DNA of 64,000 nucleotides from Paragordius varius (lineage: Eukaryota; Animalia; Nematomorpha). Where the stretch lies: positions 1,798,001 through 1,862,000 of the forward strand of contig OZ176060.1 of the NCBI GenBank assembly GCA_964247055.1, read 5' to 3'. The notes beneath the pieces were generated by a model. It made no database searches and was not told the DNA's origin. It saw only the letters and a program-made list of their open reading frames with translations. This document shows, one piece after another, positions 54,843 through 64,000 of this stretch. Both the position numbers and the translations under genes were made by a program. Every line of letters begins with the position of its first letter. Within the stretch, counting starts at the first letter, position 1.

Positions 54843-57554
54843 AACAACGAAATAGCCCAAGAAAGAGTGGTAGCTCTATTGTTGGAACCGCATTAATTGG
54901 GGGTAAAAAATTAATTATTAGGCAATATAATGGGATTAATTGAAATTATATATATAATGTAGGAGCGGCGACAGGTGAATTTTTTTCTATTTTATATTTT
55001 TATAATATTTTATTGATAAAATTATTTACAACAGGTGTGATTGGCGGTATGATATATTTTTATATATATTAGTTTTTTTTAGATGTTTTGTTATGTATCT
55101 AGATTTATATTTTTGTCAATGTCTTTTTGTAAGAAAAAAGAGGATGTCAGCGCAACGCATAAAATATTTTTGAAGTTTATAAAATTTTGCTTATGTTTCA
55201 CTACATTATAAGTCCTAATACTATATTTTGAATAATACAATAACTAAAATAGTTTATAATATATAAGACGTTCAAGGATATTAAACTTTAATCCTCTAAA
55301 ATATTAAAAACCCAATAAAAATTTATGAACTGACCTCATAGTTTCTCTATTAAAGTAACCCTTTTGTCTCTCATTAAAATAAATAGCACCAAATCAAATA
55401 ACATTTCCAAGTTTGATAAAGAGTTAATCCGTCCCACACCTTTAGTTTTAATTTAAGTTCAATAATTCCTATGAAATCATACACGCAAATACAAATATTT
55501 TTTTAAAAGACAACCATATTTTAAATAGAACCTATCATTTTGGACTAAAAAATATGTAAAAAGGTATACCATTTGCACTTTAAGATCCCTAAACACTTTA
55601 AGTTGGGACTTTTTGTTTTGTTTTTTAATTTATATCAAAACGTGTTTTCATTTATTTTATTATTTTGATCCCATTCTCTGATTTATCAACATTTTTAAAT
55701 CACTATTGATCATTAAAAAACTGTATATCACATTAAATATATATTAATGAGATTTCAACATAATTGATACAAGGTTATTATTTATAATTTTTTTTGAAAA
55801 TTTATACTTGAATAATATTATAGAAATGAAATAAAATGGATAGAAACAAAAATTGTTTTTTAATTAAAAAATTAATTTTAAATTAATAAATATAATATGA
55901 TAATTAAAGAAAATTAGGTTAAAAAATAATAAAATAAAAAATACTTTTAAAATTATGGTTAAATCTTAATTAAAAATTTAAGGACATGTTCATGGACCAA
56001 CTTGAAGTGTTACAGATCCAACTTGAAGTGTATGGTATATACTTAAGAGTTTTAAACCAGGTATGAAAAGTGTGGGTATCCTTTAGAAAAAACTATTCGT
56101 TTCAAATTCATTTATTTTTACTGTAAATATTTTGCCAAAATAATTTAGCTGTTGTTGGGGGTGGAGCCTCGGAAACACCCGAAGTGGCAGCTGTCGTACA
56201 AGGAGTCAATGATATGGAGTTGGGTGAAAATGTAGCACAAAATCTCGCAAACAACGAAAACCCAACTGATGAAGAAAACAACATTGAAGAACGACAAGAA
56301 AATCCAGAAAGAAACTCAAGATCATCTGAACATCAAACTAATCAACCTTCTCAGTCGACTTCAAATTCCAGTAGTTACATATTAAACTTAAATAAAATTG
56401 AAATATACGGACATACCGTAAAAAGGCAATTATTTTTTTTCAAAAATATATATAATTGATTGTAAAAACGCTATATTTAAATTTTAAGCAAGATAAGTAT
56501 TTTGAATTTTTTTTAAAAGAAAAGAGTTATCTTTTGAAAAAAATAGTTGTCTTTTTTATCTGCGTTTTGTCCGTAAAATTTCATTTACTGTATATTTAGT
56601 TTATATTTTCTTTCCAGATTATGAGATTTTATTATTGGTTGCATATCTATCAATAATATTGTTATTTAATTAAGGAAATTCACCAGAGGAGAATGCTAGA
56701 TTAGACACAGAAGATATCGGTAATTTTAAAAAAAATGCTATACGAATGAAAATACTGTAAAACATAAAATTATAATGACAAAATGTAAAAATAAAAAAAA
56801 TATTTTTGTCGTAAAGACACCCATATTTTTTTAACCTTAACTTTTCTCATATAAACTTTAGTTTTATATGTAAAATATAGAATTGATTAGTCTTCTCACT
56901 TTGTCATTTAATAAATGAGTTTTATTGAATAAATCATGTGAAAAAAGTATGGTTGTCTTTTAAAACATATTTGTCTTTATACGTTTTGTCCGTATAATAT
57001 AATTATTACTATAAAAAAAATAATAACCTTGCATTATATAGCTGATAGACCTGAACACACATCAGAAGAAATCGAAAATGGTAAAAATATAAATCGAAAT
57101 TAATATAATTCTCAATTAAATTTTAGTTATACAATTTTTATAACAAAATAGCCCGAGAAATCGTGGATCGATACGGTAGAACAAAACAAATTAAATTAAA
57201 GTTTATCATTTGAATTAATATATTTTTATATCAATTTGTATAATGATAGGAATGTATCATTTAAAAGCAGGTTGTAATTTTTATAAATAATATTCAAATA
57301 CTATAAGATACTATGATAATTTCTTATATGTTTAGCTCTGTACAATATAGAAACTGGTAAATCAACTGAATACACAATTCAATTCATTTATTCTAAACTT
57401 CATATACACTTAGGGGCAGAGAATGTGATGTATGAAGCCGAAAATATAGTTACAAGTTAATTTTTATAAATTACTAATAATTTATCTTGAAATCAAAATT
57501 ATACAGGCTAATCGCCTAAAACAAATAATTGGGCTCGCAAAATATGGAATATAG
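54843..57554 (+). CDS. Micro-exon gene A: Gly-zipper hydrophobic segment, acidic linker, amphipathic C-terminal helix
   Basis: Exons 54843-54902 (60), 54963-54974 (12), 55035-55046 (12), 56149-56370 (222), 56675-56719 (45), 57042-57080 (39), 57152-57175 (24), 57250-57270 (21), 57336-57356 (21), 57414-57448 (35), 57507-57554 (48). All GT-AG; the first nine are symmetric phase 1. Reads QRNSPRKSGSSIVGTALIGGAATGVIGAVVGGGASETPEV...EEIENAREIVDRYGMYHLKAALYNIETGAENVMYEAENIANRLKQIIGLAKYGI*. Start exon not identified; some donors are weak. Confidence 0.75.
55569..56035. mobile_element. Shorter relative of the 23963 foldback MITE, inside an intron of micro-exon gene A
   Basis: TA|CCATTTGCACTT...AAGTGTATGG|TA ends; GGACCAACTTGAAGTGTT units; interior matches 24470-24560 (AAAGAAAATTAGGTTAA...AAATTATGGTTAAATC). 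Confidence 0.75.
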
Positions 57555-58271
57555 ATGTATATTGGTGAAAGATAACTATCATCGTTTAAAAAAATACCAT
57601 ATTTTTAAAATTCTTTTAATTTTACGTTTGATATGTTTATTCTAATGTATAATTGAAGACACCAGGTTTCTTGGAAGAGGTATGGAAAATATTTATACAT
57701 AAATAAGGTATAATATTTGCGGAAATATTTAACAGATTTAATTTTATTAAATATTTTCATAACATAATTATTTTTTAAAGCACAAATCTAATCGCTAAGC
57801 CATGTAAAACTCATATTATTTAAAAGACATATATCTGACCAATTTTTAGAGTGTGTTTTCTGCTAAAATTTATTTGATAACAATAATGAAAAAAAGAGTT
57901 TATTATATTTTATAGTAAAATTATGAAAATTGCACAGATATATTATTCATATGTTAAAAGTCAATGAAGGATAAAAATACATTTTAAAGTAACATTTTTT
58001 TAAATAATAGGCGCTTTCGGCTAAAACCTATAATTAACATTATATGTAAATTGGTAGTGATCATTATAAAATCAAAAAAGGCTATTTTTCGAAATGGCAA
58101 CATACATCAATATTTAGAGAAATTATAGGTTTACTAGAAAAACAATAATGATTCAAATCACGGTGTCCACACAATTCTCGAGCCGCATACTAAACTAAAT
58201 TAATTTTGAGAATACATATACAACAGATGTATCTCTCTTTGATTTATAAGTACATAGGGGTCTCTTATTAA

Positions 58272-58836
58272 CACTTGGATACAACAGACTCATTTTAGTC
58301 CTTCGATTCAAATTGGGGTAGTTGAATACCCCAGGCCTGTGTTAAATTAAATACTTTAAAAAATATGGAAATCGAAACCATGGCAAAATTTTGCACTTAT
58401 ATAACATTAATAAACCGAAATATATAAAAAATTTTATTCATAAATACTTGATATTATTCATTTTGAGCTAAAACTGAAAGGTAAAAATTTAGTCAACGTG
58501 ACATGTGTGCGAAGGTAAAATTAAAAAATAATACAAAATAAATTCCATTTTTATCAATGTTAGATGTAATTTATATAAAAAATAAGCTTTAGTTTTACCT
58601 TTAAATTTAAATAAGGACGATTTTTGCAAAATTTTTGTAAAAAAATGGCGTCGAAGTAGTTTGAGGTGGAACTTTTTTTCAAAACAAAATTTTATCACGA
58701 TATTTTGGCATATTTTTAATATTTATCAGGATAGAAGCATAAATTTAAATTGGGACCGATTCCTTTAGTAGTTTTTTAAAAAATTTAATTTAAATTTAGT
58801 CTGGGGTATTTAGATACCCCAATTTAAAACATAGTG
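58272..58836. mobile_element. TTAA-flanked (piggyBac-like) MITE, 565 bp
   Basis: TTAA|CACT...AGTG|TTAA with subterminal inverted GGGGTA..TACCCCAG motifs; partial copies at 36254 and 28060. Confidence 0.75.
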
Positions 58837-59000
58837 TTAATGCCACTCGTGCTCTAAGTGGCGAAAATGGCGTTCGGTATCTTATCATATATGTTTTTGA
58901 AATTACGAACTGATTAATTATAGAATTTTCTCATATATCTCTTGTGTTAAATCAATATTTTAATTTTAAATTTGCTAATTGTTTAAATTATATTTTTTAG

Positions 59001-62000
59001 TTTTACGCATGTCTGGGCTTAGACTTGAAACCCATTTGCATGGTAAGGAATAAAGTTTAAATTTATACAGCTTTAAGTGAATCAAGTATGCATGTATTGA
59101 TAATCAATATAATTAGATTTCATACAAAGTAAATATATTTATGAATACAAATATTATAAAGGGGCGTAACAAGAAGAAGTTTTTTAAATCACCCATATTT
59201 TTTACCTGATTTTTTAAATATATTTACAATTCAAATTCCCCCTTAAACAATTCAAATTACCCCTTAAACAATTCAAATTCACCCTCAAATAAATATATGT
59301 TTTTAGATAAAAAAATACCGAATATTTTTATATATTTTTAAAAAATAAAAATTTTGTTTTTAATTTAAATAATACTGAAAAATAATAAAACATGCCATAA
59401 AAATATATTTCTCATTAATATTAGTTCAAAAACTCATAATATATTTTTAGGGTGAATTTGGTAGTTCCATCATCACCCCAAATATTTTTGAGATTGGACT
59501 ATAAATGTAATTTTTAAGAATTTTTTAAATATTTAAAAATTTTATTTTATACGTTTTAAAAATAAAAATGGCTACCTAAAATCCAAATTAGGGTGAATTT
59601 GAATTTTCGAGAGGGATTTTAAATTGTTCAGGGGTAAATTTGAATTGTTTAAGGCAAATAAATGCAATTGAGTTTGTTACCATTTAATACTTTGTTTTTT
59701 TTGGATTCAAAAACGAGTTATATAAAATAAGGTATATAATATGGTTGTCTTAAAAATATTTCCCATATTTATGTTTTGTCTATTATATTTATTTTTACCT
59801 TTTTTATTAAAAATATTTGCATGGCAGTTTTAAGGGACCAAATAACAAGTAGAATTTATAATAAATTAAAAAATTCGGATAATATCTTGAAAATCATTTT
59901 TGCATACTTTATATTATAAAATTATTGATAGAAATTATATCAGAGAATGTTTATCTACTTATATTAAAATTATCCAATTTTTGGCGGAAACATAGGAAAT
60001 TTTTACCAGTCTGAAATTGCTGATTTCAAAAATTATGGAAATAGTGATGTAAACAAGTTTTGTGGTATAAAAAGCGGAAAATTATAATATTGCCATGGGA
60101 AAATGAAGTACAATATAATGCGTTTTAAAGAGGAGATCAGTAATTATAGGGAGACTTATAAAGAAAATAAGTACGCTAGGGCGTCTTAAACTAGTTAATT
60201 TAATAAGACTGAAAATGCTACAAATAATGACGGGATATAGTGATTGAAATTATCCAGAAAAAAGCTAGTTTAAGCATAATTATAAAACATTGATATTCAT
60301 TATAAAACCCCTTTGGCTAGAAAATGAAAAGAGATATAATTATAAAAGTTAATAATATATTTGTGTTATTATATAGTTTTCTTAAAAAAAAGGGTTTTCC
60401 AAAGCATCTACAAATCTTTAATTTAAATATTACGAAATCTGGAAAAGAAAAGTAGTTAGATAACTAAAGTTGATAGATCTTCTACAAAGTTTATTCGTTG
60501 TTTTGTAAAAAAAATGAGATTATAGGAAGATTTTCTATAGTAATCATTGTATAACAGGCATTCACCAAAGTAAAATAGAGATTTTATAATCTTTATTGTT
60601 TTATATTAAATGTATGATATTTTTAGGTAGATATATGAAGTTAAATACCTATAATGCTGAACTTATTCTTTTATATTTTTTATTTAAACGAAAAACATCT
60701 GGCTTAAAATGTTGCCTAATATGTTATTTATCATTAGGGTAATTGCTTTTCGGTATAGAAGACAGAATTGTAAAATGATTTTTAATTAATTGGAATCCCC
60801 GATGGTATATTAATAAACGATAAATCATAAAATAAAGTGTGTTGGTAAAACACATAACCAAAACTATATTTCATGTTAACGTTCAGCGTGTGTTAATCAT
60901 AAACCTGATCGATTACAAACAAGACATTAACTTTCAAGGGACGAGAAAGGCTGTTGAATACCGAGGGATTAACTCGGAAAATATTAGAGAAGATAAAACC
61001 ATAATATAGTAATATCAAATGTTTAAAAAGGAAGAGGAGTTAATTTAATTTAAAAAAAAATTTTTGTTATGCCGAGCGCTGAATTTTGGGACCTTGATTT
61101 ACACATCGATATTTTTAATAATTATTTTTTTAATTAGATTTACGTCAACTTCTGGAAGGTAATTAATATGTAGTTTAATATAAAATATTACAACAGGCGT
61201 TGAAGACGGTTTTCAAGGTATTTTCGCAATATAGTTAAATTAATTAAAATAAAATAAAACACATTTGCAATAACGTTTAATTTATCATAATTTGAGTTTT
61301 TTATATTAGCTCTTGAACAACGATTTACTGGTATGTTTTTTTGGACAAAGCGAAATGGAAAAAACTGAATTTTTAAGCTTTATTATATATATTATTCTAG
61401 AGAGTACATCCGCCACACTAGGTTAAAATTAATTTTTATATTTTAGCTAACGATCTAAATATAGTGGGTAAGATATATAATTGTATTTTCACATGGCAGA
61501 AATATCTGAAGACATTAATGGTATAATTTAAATTCTTTCCACATAATTAATATTTATATTGATGTTATTTTTTATAATAGACGCAATAAACGCTGAAGAA
61601 TGTAAGGAAATTATTGAAATTTATTTTATACTAATTTTTTAAACACTTTCATTACATTAATGTCCATATTCGGCTAAACAACTCTGCTGGGTGTGCTCCT
61701 TTTTGAGTCATATTTTCGTTTTGATAAAAGAGTGCGAATCTCTTTTTACGACAAAACTAACAATCTATCTCTATTGTATCGATTTAACATCCGTTTTATA
61801 ACTATCCTTTACTTTCTTTTTCGTATAACCTTTTTTTGTAAAAATGACACCGATTAAATGCTTATGTCCATGAATTATTTTATGTCTCATTAAATATAAA
61901 TAATTTTATTGCATTGTTAAATTCAACCAAATATATTTAATATCTCTATTTACATCGGTTTGATGATTGCAGATTTTTACTTTAAAAAATCTTCTGACTT

Positions 62001-62366
62001 TCATGTACTGATAAAATATAATATTCATTTATTTATTGACCTATGCATAACCTTCCAGTTTGATAACCCATTTGTTAAAATTGGTACTTAAGCCAGTGTT
62101 ATAATGAAATTCCTACCAACCTTTGATCAGTTTCTGTATTAACTAACGCTTCTTTCATTAATAAAAAAATAGTTCGTATCTTAGTATAGTTCAATTGATT
62201 AATGATTAATTTAAAATGATTTTCTTAATGTAGAGATGTTAAATTAAGTATTTTTTATGGCTGGTAAGTTATCTTGCCAAAAACAATATTAACAGAAACT
62301 AAATTTTATGACTCAAATTTATACAATTATATTATACATATATATTTGAAGACATGGATGCTATTG
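59001..62366 (+). CDS. Micro-exon gene B (extent provisional)
   Basis: Symmetric phase-1 exons 59001-59042 (42), 59071-59085 (15), 59828-59848 (21), possibly 60558-60569 (12), the 7x21-nt block 61138-61601, and 62352-62366 (15). Regions 59932-60260 and 61973-62263 are unresolved. Possible terminal exon near 62600 (DEDNKEV*). Confidence 0.55.
59226..59660. mobile_element. Foldback MITE of the 21-bp-repeat family inside gene B
   Basis: Left tandem CCCTTAAACAATTCAAATT(A/C)CC units; right inverted GGGTGAATTTGAATT units. Confidence 0.7.
61138..61601 (+). CDS. Block of seven consecutive 21-nt phase-1 micro-exons (heptad exons)
   Basis: 61138-61158, 61197-61217, 61310-61330, 61401-61421, 61447-61467, 61500-61520, 61581-61601. 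Each is AG|21 nt|GT and open in phase 1; joined: DLRQLLE-GVEDGFQ-ALEQRFT-ESTSATL-ANDLNIV-EISEDIN-DAINAEE (the first residue depends on the upstream exon). Confidence 0.85.
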
Positions 62367-62859
62367 GTAATTTTAAATCAACATAATGACATCTTTCGCA
62401 ACGATTTTAAATTAAGAATATAAGTTTTTGCTTTTCAATCGGTTTATTTCGAATATACCATCATATTTTATTTTTTTCGAAAATGATTTTGTATACACGT
62501 TTTTAACTGAAATTTTTTTTGTTAACTAATTAAAAATAGAATTTAATTTTGCTTTCTAAATTCTTCCAAATTAAGGTATTTCATTGAATTTTCATATTAG
62601 ATGAAGACAATAAAGAAGTATGACCTGGTAAAGACGATGAAGAAAACAACATTAAATTTTTACATTTATAGATATATGGTGTATATAGATTATATAAAAT
62701 GGTGTCAATAAATAAATAAAAATATTCCTTACTAGTGCCTTAAAAAATTGATACAAAAAAAATCGTTTATAGTCCATTATTTTGGTACGACTTGAGTTGT
62801 ATTGGAAAGCTCTATCTACATTATAAATTTGGGTTTGAACTCGAATACACTAAATATGT

Positions 62860-63870
62860 ATAGAAGCTGTTCGATTAGCGACTCTTAGCTTTATTATATA
62901 TTAGCAAGTCATTTGAGGATGAGTATGCATTATTGTTTTGAGTTCCGATCCACCGCCTTTTGCTGCTTTTACGGGTTCCCTCTATCAAGCCAAATACTAT
63001 TCTTTTGGAGCGATATATTTCAATGAGATCAATACTTTATTGCCTGTAGATTATTAGATCGCAGAGCAGGAATTGGTTTGTTAAAGTTGCGAAAAAATAT
63101 ATGAGAAGCGTGGGATTTTGCCTAATTACAAGAACCACATTTAAAATGAGTCGGTCTTTATCGGATTCAAATATTAATTCTAGATAACATCAAAGGGTTA
63201 TCGTTGCCGATGCGAGCTGTCGTCAAAAAAACAGCATAAATATTATATAATTTTAGTCCGATAAAATTTGTTCGCTTATGTGTTTATTTAATCCTCTCAG
63301 CAAGCATTTATTTTAACAGAACGGTTTAGTAGGCGTGTCGGAGATTCGTAGCAATTAGACATCAGATATTCACTTCTATGTTTTCAAACACAGGTACGAA
63401 ATTTTTCAGTATACAGGTTGAGAAAAAGTGCATAAAAAAACATCCTTGTTTCACACCTTTGTTAGAAATGAGACGGCCTATTATGTTTTGATAGAAGCTG
63501 TTTGTTAGCATACGACGATTGTAGCCAATGTATTATGTGTGTGAAAACTGATTTCTCTCGAAATAATCTTATCTTTGGATAATAGTAAACATTCATTAAA
63601 GGATACGTAGTATTTTGTAAAGCCAGATTGTACGTCGGGCATTTATTATCTAGCTATTTTGGGTATTTCATTTTAAAGAGATATTTGGGCAGTTTTTTTA
63701 AATAGCAATCATACGAACAGGATAAAATCATTTTTTGAAAGGATGAATCAACGATTTAGATCAATCGTTTGGTCAATTCGACTCAAACTTTGCAAAAGTT
63801 TAGGTACATCTAGCTATGAATGGAAAAAGGTTATTGGAAATCCATGGTATCCTTAGACATCGAAAAAAAA
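62860..63870 (-). mobile_element. RTE LINE RT and 3'-end pseudogene fragment
   Basis: MPDVQSGFTK, NKGVKQGCFL, NLYTE and FGLIEGTRKSSKRRWIG motifs with frameshifts. Confidence 0.75.
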
Positions 63871-64000
63871 GAAGTGATATAAGGTAGGTAAAAATCATTC
63901 GCTAAAATTTGATTTCAGAAATGAGCCAATATTAAATGATAATATGACATTTAAATATATAAGACACCTCAATTCTCCAATAATAATAGTTTAGTGGTTA

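Noticed and set aside
55083-55094. Possible third 12-nt micro-exon (DVLL) in gene A
   Set aside because: T-rich, looks intronic, and would put Asp into the Gly zipper; left out pending RNA data.
1-64000. Prokaryotic features (operons, CRISPR-Cas, defence systems, rRNA)
   Set aside because: The sequence is eukaryotic with spliceosomal introns; no such features were seen.

Overview
Very AT-rich (about one quarter G+C by eye), intron-containing eukaryotic DNA, probably animal. Transposon debris dominates: RTE-clade LINE fragments, hAT relics, Helitron-like elements, and foldback, Tc1/pogo-like and piggyBac-like MITEs. The ORF track misses most genes because they are spliced; all gene models below were assembled by hand from GT-AG boundaries and frame continuity. 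(1) Three near-identical tandem copies of a 6-exon gene for a secreted 269-aa protein with two fibronectin type-III-like modules. (2) A two-exon fragment of an Ala/Thr/Gly-rich protein. (3) A frameshifted C2H2 zinc-finger array with a PLDLS (CtBP-binding) motif. (4) The highlight: two adjacent micro-exon genes at 54.8-57.6 kb and about 59-62.6 kb, built from runs of symmetric phase-1 exons of 12-45 nt. One run is seven consecutive exons of exactly 21 nt (one helical heptad each), separated by introns as short as 25-38 nt, an architecture reminiscent of Schistosoma micro-exon genes (MEGs). No RNA evidence or database search was available.
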